Shown here: positions 1 through 9,200 of the stretch, piece after piece
Layout: each line of letters opens with the position of its first letter
How positions within the stretch are numbered: the first letter of the stretch is position 1
Origin: Deltaproteobacteria bacterium
Lineage (GTDB): Bacteria > Myxococcota_A > Polyangia > Fen-1088
NCBI GenBank assembly: GCA_033763315.1
Contig: JANRKS010000034.1
Coordinates: 340-64,339, forward strand
DNA: 64,000 bases
Reading direction: 5' to 3'
The notes under the pieces: model-generated
Databases searched by the model: none
Seen by the model: the letters and a program-made list of their open reading frames with translations, nothing else
Told to the model about the DNA's origin: nothing
Made by a program: the position numbers and the translations under genes

Positions 1-1954
1 CTGGGCGTGGGTGGCCACGTACCGATACGCTTTCGATCACTGTGGTGAGATCATGCCGACGGTGCGGAAGGGCAGGGTCCATAATGGCTAAGCCGGATAA
101 AGTGGGCACGGCCATGCGTCCGTCTTGCATGCGCACGATGCTGGGGGAAAAGTGTGCAACGCAGTCCTCGGAGGGGAGCCCATCGGCGAAGCCTACACGT
201 AGCGTGGGAACTCTCGACGCGGGATCTCTTAGGGCGCGACGAAGATCCGAGAGCCGCGCGACGGCGACGCCCAGATCCGACGTGAGCCACATTCTACCGC
301 CGTCGTCTGTGGCCATACCAAAAACACGTGCGATGCCGCTGCCGGGGTCGATGTGAGACACGTGTTGTCCTTCCACGTGGGCAAGACCAACCGGATCAGC
401 AAAGCCCACCCAGACGCCTCCCTCAGGATCAGGCAGAAGGCTCGCGGGCTCCGTCCCGGGGAGTCCGGTGCGTAGACATACGGCGTGTGTACCATCCCAG
501 CGAGAAAGGCCGCTTTTTGGATGCGCTAACCACAGAGTTCCATCATTTGCCAATGCAGCGGCGGTCGCGTTTCCCCCACAAAGGCCAGCGGTTTTGTCAA
601 GATCGCGACCAGGATCGAAAGGCCTTGGTCGCAGGAGTTGCTCTGGTGTCAGTAGTCGAACGATGCCGCCCTCAAGCCCGATGGCCGCGCCGCCATCGGG
701 GAGGGCAAACACAAGCGTTACCGCGGCGGGTTGGCCCTGAAGGGAGGGCCTAAATCTCGTGAAGCGGAAACCGTCTCCGAGAAGCACGCCAAATCCCTCG
801 GCCGCAACCAGTAGACTCCCTTGAGGGGTTGGCAAAGCGAGTTCAGCAAGCCCGCGAGGCGACCAGGCATCAAGCGCCTCAAGCGAAATATGTTTCTGTC
901 GACCGTCGGGCGATAGGCCATTGAGTCCCGCTGTCGAGGTCACCCAAAGGGTGCCATCTCGTCCAGACAAAACCGAGAAGGCAGCCACGCTGGGTGTGTT
1001 ACCGAGCTTGGGCACCGTAACGAAGGCGGGCTCGCTGTGAAAAACGCCCGTGCCCCAGGTGCCCACCCACAAAGTGTCCTCCCGATCACGAAACAGGGTT
1101 CGCACGACTTTTCCGACGAAGGGCGCCACTGGCTGCATCTGGCCTTCCGTGAGTCGCAGGAGGCCCCATCCCGTCGTTGTGTAAACTGCTTTGCCCTCTG
1201 CGCCCAACAGGGAGATGTGGGGCCCGGCATAAAGAACTGACTCATGGTCATCAAGTACCTTCACACCTTCGGGTCCGGCCACCACCAAGCGGCCGGCGCT
1301 CACTGAAAGGGACGTAATTGGCTTGTCGAAAACGTTCTCCGACGCGGATGCAGCAAGCCGATAGCGCTTAACCCCAAAGGTTCCGCCCGCGACAAGGACG
1401 TCGCTGCTTTCGTAGGCCAACGCGAGTGCCACATCAGAGGAAGGCAAGGAAAGCGGGCTCTTTCGCAGGTCTGCGGAGAGCTGAAAAAGACCCTCTTTGG
1501 TTGCGACGGCGGCCCCGCCTCCCATCGTAGCAGCGGCTGTCCACACTTCGCCAAGGTCGGCTACCCGCTCCCAAGTTGCAGTGCCCTCGGATCGGAGCTG
1601 ACCACGATAGAGAGCGTTGTCTCTTGAGGACCATACGACCCGGGCGGGCAGTGATTCGGAGTCAATTGTGGCACGGCCCGTCACCACCCAAACGAAGCCG
1701 TCAGGCGTTGCGTGTAGTTCACGGACCGGTTCGGCCCCCCAAGGGCCTTGGACGTTCGTCAAAGTACGACCATCGAATCGTACCAGGCCACCAGGACCTC
1801 CAAACCACAGCCACCCGTCAGGCGTTTGTGCAATGGCTTGCGCCCCCGTGATGCCTTCGATGCGTTTGAACCTCAAGTCATTAGCGGACGCAGAACCTCC
1901 GGTCAGAAGCACGGAAACAACAGAAAGCACACAACACGCTCTACTGTACGGCAT
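1..1954 (-). CDS. Sensor histidine kinase, N-terminal part: signal peptide plus extracytoplasmic 'two-component regulator propeller' repeats. The 3' end, including the kinase core, runs off the window start.
   Basis: Hand translation of the minus strand from the ATG at 1954..1952 gives MPYSRACCVLSVVSVLLTGGSASANDLRFKRIEGITGAQAIAQTPDGWLWFGGPGGLVRFDGRTLTNVQGP... This has a hydrophobic signal-like N-terminus and a TPDGWLWFG..GLxRFDG propeller motif like the full-length kinase at 14303..17311. No ORF in this minus frame (codon top position = 1 mod 3) is listed in the track, consistent with one open frame lacking a stop inside the window. A spot check of positions 1-60 shows no stop. The start lies 10 nt downstream of the response-regulator stop at 1965. 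Confidence 0.7.
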   Translation of the reverse strand, partial: MPYSRACCVLSVVSVLLTGGSASANDLRFKRIEGITGAQAIAQTPDGWLWFGGPGGLVRFDGRTLTNVQGPWGAEPVRELHATPDGFVWVVTGRATIDSESLPARVVWSSRDNALYRGQLRSEGTATWERVADLGEVWTAAATMGGGAAVATKEGLFQLSADLRKSPLSLPSSDVALALAYESSDVLVAGGTFGVKRYRLAASASENVFDKPITSLSVSAGRLVVAGPEGVKVLDDHESVLYAGPHISLLGAEGKAVYTTTGWGLLRLTEGQMQPVAPFVGKVVRTLFRDREDTLWVGTWGTGVFHSEPAFVTVPKLGNTPSVAAFSVLSGRDGTLWVTSTAGLNGLSPDGRQKHISLEALDAWSPRGLAELALPTPQGSLLVAAEGFGVLLGDGFRFTRFRPSLQGQPAAVTLVFALPDGGAAIGLEGGIVRLLTPEQLLRPRPFDPGRDLDKTAGLCGGNATAAALANDGTLWLAHPKSGLSRWDGTHAVCLRTGLPGTEPASLLPDPEGGVWVGFADPVGLAHVEGQHVSHIDPGSGIARVFGMATDDGGRMWLTSDLGVAVARLSDLRRALRDPASRVPTLRVGFADGLPSEDCVAHFSPSIVRMQDGRMAVPTLSGLAIMDPALPHRRHDLTTVIESVSVRGHPRP

Positions 1955-1964
1955 GCTGGGCTGG

Positions 1965-2597
1965 TCATTCTGGGTCGATGAGGCCGCGCGCCCGTGCCAG
2001 AGAAACCGCCTCAGTGCGCGAACTGGCACCCAGCTTGCCGAGTAGTGCCTGCATATGTGTCGCGACCGTTCTTTCGGCAATGCCAAGCGCCTTGCCCACA
2101 GCTTTGTTCGACAAGCCGAGCGCCACTTGTGACATGACCTGCCTTTCACGCATCGTGAGGCTTTCGAACTGCAACCGCTCGGCCAGTTTCGCAGCAACCT
2201 TATTGGGAATGTGGCGCTCTCCGCGGCTAACGCTGCGGAGAGCGTCCAGGATCTGCCCGGGCGCCGTGTCTTTCGTAATGTAGCCCATCGCGCCCGCCCG
2301 TAGGGCCTGAAAGATTTTTTCGTCGCCGTCGTAGTGGGACAGTACAAGCACCCTTGTGCTGCTACCGGCTGCAGTGAGGTTCTGGGTAACCGATATGCCG
2401 TCAAGAAGGGGCATCCGCAGGTCTGCGATCAATACGTCTGGTTTGTGGCTTTGGCAAAGTTTGAGGGCCTCAACTCCGTTCTGCGCCTCACCCACAAGTT
2501 GAATGTCAGGCTCGCCCGTAAACAACATGCGCAGGCCCATTCGCATGAGCTGGTTGTCGTCAGCCAAAACCACCCGCGTTGGTCCACTGAGCTTCAT
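1965..2597 (-). CDS. NarL/FixJ-family response regulator (REC + LuxR-type HTH).
   Basis: Receiver motifs VVLADDNQL...PDVLIADLRMP...VLVLS. C-terminal LuxR HTH: LTMRERQVMSQVALGLSNKAVGKALGIAERTVATHM. The ORF is open to 2690, but the receiver domain begins at MKLSGPTRVVLADD, so the start is probably 2597 (alternatives 2627 or 2690). Next downstream on the minus strand is the kinase at 1..1954. Confidence 0.85.
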   Translation of the reverse strand: MKLSGPTRVVLADDNQLMRMGLRMLFTGEPDIQLVGEAQNGVEALKLCQSHKPDVLIADLRMPLLDGISVTQNLTAAGSSTRVLVLSHYDGDEKIFQALRAGAMGYITKDTAPGQILDALRSVSRGERHIPNKVAAKLAERLQFESLTMRERQVMSQVALGLSNKAVGKALGIAERTVATHMQALLGKLGASSRTEAVSLARARGLIDPE

Positions 2598-2725
2598 TGT
2601 GACCTCGCCATTGAAAGCCGCCTTCATAATTTTTTCATGCCCAACGGGCGGAGGCACGTCATTTTCATCAGTCCGAGCTCCGTCGGCCACCCAGCAAGAG
2701 CATCGTTACACATGACGATAGTCGA

Positions 2726-3106
2726 GTGACCAACAGAGTGTCATCAGAATTGACTTCATCTTCACCCGTTCGATCTGACGATGCCTCTGAATCCGCTCCG
2801 GCCTGGGGCGTCTTCAGCGCCGGGGCCTGCGACGGATTCGAGACTTACCCCCAAGGCGTCGGCCCTCCAGCGCCCGAGGCAGGAGTGTGCATGCAGGCCA
2901 ACCAGGATTTGTGTAAGCCCGTGGCCGGCAGTCAAAATGTGTGGCGCACCGAATGGAAGCTGTTCAAACTCCACGGGAGCGACTTCTCATCGCCAGTGGA
3001 CAAGGTGCGCGTAGCCCGACTGGATTGGGTAACTTTCCAAGGTGGCGACATCGCTGATTTCTGGATCACGGTCGTGGCGCTCGCCACCGAAGCAGATCTG
3101 CAATGA
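2726..3106 (+). CDS. Hypothetical ORF in a low-GC patch; may be a decayed remnant rather than a gene.
   Basis: 126-aa ORF with no recognisable motif. Many codons end in A/T (aga, tca, gaa, act, tct, gtt), unlike the surrounding high-GC3 genes. It is adjacent to the solo IS OrfA. Confidence 0.2.
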   Translation: MTNRVSSELTSSSPVRSDDASESAPAWGVFSAGACDGFETYPQGVGPPAPEAGVCMQANQDLCKPVAGSQNVWRTEWKLFKLHGSDFSSPVDKVRVARLDWVTFQGGDIADFWITVVALATEADLQ

Positions 3107-3259
3107 GCGGTGGTCCCGCGATGCGCGGGAACGTGCCGCAGAGCCATCCAGTGGCAGGCGAATCTAAGGATTCGCGGCCCCAGAAGAACCCCACAATGTT
3201 GCTGGATGGACTGCCGACGTGACGAGGCCCCTTGCCGTTCGCTGCGCCACGGAGTTTGG

Positions 3260-3670
3260 TCACTCGCTACGTGATAGACGGACAAAGGCGTCAGCCGGCT
3301 CAAATGCGACCAATGAATCGTCCTCCGTAGACATAGATCCCTGAACCATCTTGTGTTCGATGCCTTTCAAGGCGCGAAAGATGGCTGACACTTGTTCCTC
3401 GAGATCTCGCAACCGGTTTTCCACTGCCACCATCGACTGCGGCATTGGCTTAGGTTCATCTGTGGCCGCGGGCCGCACCAAGCCTAGGGCTTTCTGCCAA
3501 CGGAACAACAAACCAACTGCGATGTCGTGGCGTCTCGCTACGAGCGACAAGGTTTCATTCTCTGCAAAGGCCTTTAGGATCAAGCTTCGCTTCTCTGCGT
3601 CTGAAAACCTTCGCCGACGTCCATCACGAAATGGTGGAACAACAACTGGGGCACCTTCAAACTTGCTCAT
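3260..3670 (-). CDS. IS3/IS66-family transposase accessory protein OrfA (HTH_Tnp_1 / Transposase_8). Solo remnant with no OrfB.
   Basis: RRRFSDAEKRSLILKAFAENETLSLVARRHDIAVGLLFRWQKAL is a classic IS3/IS66 OrfA helix-turn-helix, followed by a leucine-zipper-like tail (LRDLEEQVSAIFRALKGI). No downstream transposase catalytic ORF is present; 2932..3303 and 3066..3263 are not protein-like. Confidence 0.7.
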   Translation of the reverse strand: MSKFEGAPVVVPPFRDGRRRRFSDAEKRSLILKAFAENETLSLVARRHDIAVGLLFRWQKALGLVRPAATDEPKPMPQSMVAVENRLRDLEEQVSAIFRALKGIEHKMVQGSMSTEDDSLVAFEPADAFVRLSRSE

Positions 3671-3792
3671 GCTTTAGACACTCCCTTAGTAAAGGCTAAC
3701 TAGAGACTACCAAGGCTTTCCTTTAGGACACCGTCAACCATCGCCCCGAACGTTGTTAGACCAACCTTCATCAATGGTATGTGTTCACGCCC

Positions 3793-4938
3793 CTAGGGAT
3801 TCACGCCGGGACCGAATACCACTTTGTTAATCGATGGCTTGCCCTGTGCTGTGCCCGTGCCCCATGTGCCATCAACCGCACCGACGGGTGCCCACAAGGG
3901 CGACGGGCTCCGAAAGCCAGCGACGAGGTTCAAGCCAAAATCGATTGGACCCGCACAATTGCCTTCAGCTATTTTGCCCCATGATCGACCGAGATCTGTC
4001 GAAACCCAACAGTGGAAATTGGAGCCGAGCAGGATGCGACCACCTGGCAGCGCGGCAGCGCCTAGCACATAGGTGCCGCTCAGATTCATTGAAGCCGACC
4101 AGGTCTTGCCGTCGCTCGACGTTGTTACGGTGCCATCGCTGCGATAGACGACGAAGCGGCCCTGCACGAAATCGACACCGTCATAGCTGCCGACGTTAGC
4201 GGCGACGTTCCAGTTGCGAAGGTCGGTGCTCCAAAACGTTCCGTTATCACCAGTCGCTACGAAGACGTCGGACCCGAAAGCCATGCCTCGGATATTGCCC
4301 TGCGCGCGCGCCGCCTGTCGGGTCCAATCAAACCCGTTGGGGCTGGTGAAGACCTCACCAGCCGTTGCTCCAGCGACAAACATACCTTTGCCAAAGGCGA
4401 CGCCCCCCATCCAGCCGCCGTCCATGATGGTGTCGCGCCAATCTTTGCCATTTGCGCTGACACTGCTCCAGCGGCCTCCCGGTCCAGCCCCACCACCTCC
4501 TCCGACCGCAACGAACAAGCCGTTGCCAAATGCCAGGCCACGAAGATTGTTGGGGTCGTCGCCGCCGCCGCCGCGAATCTTCGCGTCGATCCACTGCCGC
4601 CCGTTCAGCGATCGAATGCGGATCCCCGAGTATCCTACGGCGACCCAGATGCCCTTCGAGCGATTGCCTGGTTCCACGCCCCCGTCTGGCGCCGTCCGCG
4701 CGTCGGCAGCCCCGCCCGCATCGGGCACCGCCGCGCCGCTGGCCCCGCCAACCTCTGGGTTTGCCCCATCGCCTCCGCTTCCGCCATTGGCCACAGCCCC
4801 TCCCATGTGACTGCTCGACGAATGGCCGCCTTCGGCGTCACTTTCGCCGACCGATTCAGTGTCTGGCGACGCGGCGCAAGCCGTAAGCCCGAAGAATAGA
4901 AAGAAGGTGGATCTCCAAATTACAGATCGTGAGAGCAT
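3793..4938 (-). CDS. Secreted lipoprotein with Gly-rich linker and BNR/Asp-box-like beta-propeller repeats.
   Basis: Signal peptide with lipobox (FFLFFGLTAC). Gly-rich low-complexity segment. Five repeats of the form G.AFG.G.FVA.G....S.DG..W, with TSSDGKTW matching the BNR consensus SxDxGxTW. Confidence 0.6.
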   Translation of the reverse strand: MLSRSVIWRSTFFLFFGLTACAASPDTESVGESDAEGGHSSSSHMGGAVANGGSGGDGANPEVGGASGAAVPDAGGAADARTAPDGGVEPGNRSKGIWVAVGYSGIRIRSLNGRQWIDAKIRGGGGDDPNNLRGLAFGNGLFVAVGGGGGAGPGGRWSSVSANGKDWRDTIMDGGWMGGVAFGKGMFVAGATAGEVFTSPNGFDWTRQAARAQGNIRGMAFGSDVFVATGDNGTFWSTDLRNWNVAANVGSYDGVDFVQGRFVVYRSDGTVTTSSDGKTWSASMNLSGTYVLGAAALPGGRILLGSNFHCWVSTDLGRSWGKIAEGNCAGPIDFGLNLVAGFRSPSPLWAPVGAVDGTWGTGTAQGKPSINKVVFGPGVNP

Positions 4939-5071
4939 GGAACTGGCCTCCCTTGATGCGGTTGTCGAGTTTTACGGTTGGATCGACTGATCCGATGACC
5001 GCAGTGCGAAGGGCCACAAAAGCTAGTGCTTGGAGGCCACTTTCGGTTTTGGGGCAGACCGGCGATGCGCC

Positions 5072-6025
5072 TCACTTGGGCAACACCTTCACCAGCCCCA
5101 TGTACCATTTGGCCGCCATCTTCTCTTGTCCAGCGGGGTTTGGATGGATACCGTCGATGGTGTCAATGCCTGGGTGCCAATCGAAGCCTGTCGTTTGGTC
5201 AACGACGATGACCGGCGATGCCTCGCTTGTGATCCGCGCGGCTAGGCCAGGAAGCGAAGCATTGAAGGCGCGTCCAGAGGCGTTTGGCGCGATCAATTGC
5301 GCCACGAAGATCACTATGTTCGGGTTCTTCTTGCGAAGCTTGCCGATCAGCGTCTCGGTCATTGCCAAAATCTCGGCGCCACTGGCACCACTTTGGTCGT
5401 TGGTGCCAAGATGCACCAGCGATACGTCCGGCGCGTAGCTTGCCAACCATGCGTCTATTTGCGGGAGCACTTGGCTGAGCTTCCATCCGTAGTGGCCCTC
5501 ATGATCGGGGTCGTAGTCGTTGTAAAACGGTTTGGCATCCCCCAACTGCACGTTGCGGGTTCCGACGAAGTCCACGTTGTAGTTAGCCGCGATTAGCTTC
5601 TTCCACAGCGGGCGACGGTACGTGGCTTCCTGTGCGCTTGCCTTGCCCTCGGTGATCGAATCACCCAATGGCTGGATGCGTATGGCCCGGCCGGTGGGCA
5701 AATGGCCAAGCCAACTGATTTCCGTTGGCGATGCAGCGTCGGGTGGCAACATTGGCATCTTCCCTGGATCTGGGCTCGAAGCCCCTGCATCGGAATGGGA
5801 GCCGCCGCCCCCACCCGCGTCACTGATATTGGCCGGGTCAACAGTCGTGTCGGGGTCCTGGGCGGCGTGCTCTCCAGCTTCGTCTTCTTCCGCTGAGCCC
5901 GCTTCGCCTCCGACGCCTTCAAAGGGCCCGGTGTCTGCCGTACCGCAACCCCACGCACTCGAAGCGCATAACACCGCCGTCAACAAGAGTCGTGTCCAAA
6001 CTGCGGACCCGTAGCTATGGAGCAT
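5072..6025 (-). CDS. Secreted SGNH/GDSL-family hydrolase (esterase).
   Basis: Block I GDSITEG, block V DGIHPN with the catalytic His, and LVHLGTNDQ matching block III (GxND). The ORF is open to 6109, but the signal peptide MLHSYGSAVWTRLLLTAVLCASSAWG begins at the ATG at 6025. A Gly/Asp/Ser-rich linker precedes the catalytic domain. Confidence 0.8.
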   Translation of the reverse strand: MLHSYGSAVWTRLLLTAVLCASSAWGCGTADTGPFEGVGGEAGSAEEDEAGEHAAQDPDTTVDPANISDAGGGGGSHSDAGASSPDPGKMPMLPPDAASPTEISWLGHLPTGRAIRIQPLGDSITEGKASAQEATYRRPLWKKLIAANYNVDFVGTRNVQLGDAKPFYNDYDPDHEGHYGWKLSQVLPQIDAWLASYAPDVSLVHLGTNDQSGASGAEILAMTETLIGKLRKKNPNIVIFVAQLIAPNASGRAFNASLPGLAARITSEASPVIVVDQTTGFDWHPGIDTIDGIHPNPAGQEKMAAKWYMGLVKVLPK

Positions 6026-6221
6026 GAACAACAGCCTCCGATGGTCGAAAGAAAGCTCACATTGGATCTCCGCGAACCCGCCTGCAACGAAAGACGAATC
6101 ACGGGCCAAATTGACAAGTCATTATTGACTACACCAACACAGGGCGAGCGGACGCGCCGGTGGTGACTGTGAGCATCATCGCCCTTAGGCCGGCCGGCGC
6201 TCGCACGCGGCTTATGCGGTG

Positions 6222-9200
6222 CTACGGAACCTCGACCCAACCTGTTTGTTGAAAGCGAAGTCCGCCATTGCGAGTCACATCACTGATCGCACCACCCGCG
6301 AGAAACGTTTGGTTGAGCTGATCTGTGACATCGTGAACCTTGCCCTGCGAGTCTGTATACACGACCTTCTTATCAACGATGACGGCAGACGTCACAGCTT
6401 CGTTTACCAGTCCTAGGCCCGCTCGTTGTTTGAAACCAACGCCGCCCAGCTCCATCGTGTGCACCAAAAGATACGAACGCCCTTGGCCACAAACGTTGGT
6501 GGGCGGTGCAAACCACAACGACATGATCACAAAGCCCGTGCCGTCCGCCTTCAGGATCGCCAAAGGCGTACCTGTGGGTCGTGAGTTTGCTGGCAGCGAT
6601 TGCGTGCACGCCCCAGCGCCGCTGTTTCCTGACGGATCCCATATCCCGCAGAGCGATGAGGATCCTACGTCGTATTCAAGCCGCCCACCGGAAGCCCAAG
6701 TGAGGTCCGGCGTCACCCCACCAGAACTTGCAGCACGCACCTCCTTGCGAATGATCATCTTTGACGACGCAAAAGCGTCGGTTTGCGGATCAAGCGCGCT
6801 GTTCGTCACTTGAACCAGATAGATCTCCCCCGGGTGATTCAAGGGGTCGTCACGATCAAGCTGAACGACGGTCGGTGCGAAGTGCAACGGGTGCTGACAC
6901 CCAACGGCCTGTACGAGGCTTAGGTTGCCCGTGGTTCCTGTGTTGTTGTTGGCCCCCACCTGCGCAGGCACATAACGCCACAGGTTGCCCCACGTATCAC
7001 CGAAGTATGAAGCCAGCATCTGCTGTTGTTCACGGAAATCGAAATTGCGCGCCGCTGCCACGTCGGTGATGGTGGTCAGTTCAGTGGTGGAACACGCGGT
7101 GCCCGTAACCGTGTCGGCGTCAAGCAAGGTGCCCATCTTGGCGGACACATTCACAAGGGTGATGCCTTGGCTTGCGTCCGTAGGCGTCTCAGACTTGTAC
7201 CCAGAAGCCATCACAACGCGGTAGTCATCCTTGGTGGTGTTCTTTCCGTAGTAAAACGCAGGCACCGAAACCGTGTTGCCTAAAGCGCGATCGTAGGCGG
7301 CCTTGTCGGCCGGCATGACGGTGTCTGTGTGCCACACCAGGTTCACGGGCGGGTTTGCAAAGTTGTTGGACACAAAAGGCGTCGTCACATCCAACATGAA
7401 AGCCTCTGTGCCGCCCCACCCATCGGTCATAACCATTATGGATTTCCACACCGCGGTGGCATCATCGTCGCAGTTTTGCCAGCACACGTTCTTGACCTTG
7501 GGAGAGCTGGTCAGGCCAAAGATGTGCTTGCGGGGGTCAGGCTTTTGGCCCCCCTGTGCGTAAACGGAAGTGAGCGTGGCCAACATCTCTGGCGGAACAT
7601 AAGCAAACGCTTCTTCGCCGCCTTTGTAGGTTTGCCCCCCCACCGTGGTATCTCGCGTGAAAAACGCATGCAACATACCGTCGTCACCGGCCGCATACAC
7701 CAAGCTCACGCGCGTCTTATTGTCATCGAAGAACCGGCGCCCCCCCGGCAGCGACGTGAGCCCAGGCGGCCCCACCTCAATGGGTGTTGAGTTCACAAAC
7801 GCGCCCAACACAGCTTTGTTGCGTTGCCGTGGATCGCCCAACATCCACTGGGCAATGCGTTCAGCTTCGTCGTTGGTGCTGCCCAGACCGAGAGCCAACA
7901 GGACGTCTCGATTGAGTATGGCGCCTGAATTCTGTTCAACGTCAAAGCGAACCATCGTGCCCCCCGCAGAGGTATACACGCGTCGCTTTTTCCATGCCGT
8001 CCAGCTGGAGTAGGTGGCGCTATCGTCAATGTCCGCAAAGTTGGTGGGGCTGCCTGCGTCCCACATAAGTTTTGGTTGCAGCGTCACGGGATCGATATTG
8101 TTGGTGTCGTAAGCCATCAAGTGCCCTCGCCAACTTGGGAAGTCGACACGGGCGTCAAACAAGATCCCACCGGGAGTCAGCTTCTTATCGTCAACTTGGG
8201 TGCCAGATGTCGCCGATGCCGGTGTCGTTGAATAGGAGCCTTTGATGGCGTCAAAGATCACCGCTTGAATTGCATCCTGCAGCTCGGTTTCGTTGTTCGC
8301 CAGGAACGCGCAGTGATCCTTGGCGCCGGTTGGGTCCACGGTGTTGTCGAACGGAGAACGACACGTGCCTCCAGCACGCGCGATGTTTTCGTTTACGTCA
8401 AAGGAGGTTCCCAACGTGGCGTCTGGCGAGAACCCGATGACGTAGGTCTTCACGTTCAAGCCGCCTTGAGCCACGCTCTTGCGCAACTGCAATGCGTTCT
8501 GGATGGACTTACAGGGGCAGCCCGCCGCCGTTGCGTTGGGATCATCCCACTGCACGCGGCACGCAGGATGGTTGGCCACATCGCAGCTTGTACGCATCTT
8601 TCCCGGATTGTTGGGATCGGGCTCAATGTCTCCCGGACCGTTCGTTTCACCGTCGGTGATCAGCAGGATGAAGTTGTCGCGGCAAGGCAGATAATCCGTT
8701 GATTTCACATCGTCGAGGTAGTTCCATGCGGAATACCGCTTTTTATCGAGTGGCGCTGGCACGGCACCGTCAGCGAAATCGTTGATCAGAGCGCAGCCAA
8801 GCGGGCTTCGCTCCCAGTGCATAAAGCCGCCGTCGCGCGCCTTTTCCAGCATCGGCAGCATCTTGGCCATGTTGGCCTGGGCGGCCGCGGGCACATCGGT
8901 TGTATCCATGAAAGGCACAAGGTTTGGATCCCAATTGCCACCGCATTGAATCGAACATTTATCAGAACATTGTGCGCCTTTGATCGCGGGCCGGTTCGCG
9001 CCTGCCTGAGGATCCCAGTAATAGTCGTTGCGCGGCTTGAAATATGTGTAATTGACGCCAGAGATTGTGGTGTTGTTACCCTGGTACGTCTTGAGGAACA
9101 CTGGCTTATCGCTATCGGTATAGTCACCGCTTGGAACGGTGTATTGATAGATTGCGCCCGCAAACTTGGACGTGCCGCGTGCATCGGTGTTATTGGTGCC

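Noticed and set aside
1906-1968. ATG at 1968..1966 overlapping the regulator stop (ATGA).
   Set aside because: That frame terminates after 21 codons. The real downstream gene starts at the ATG at 1954 in a different frame.
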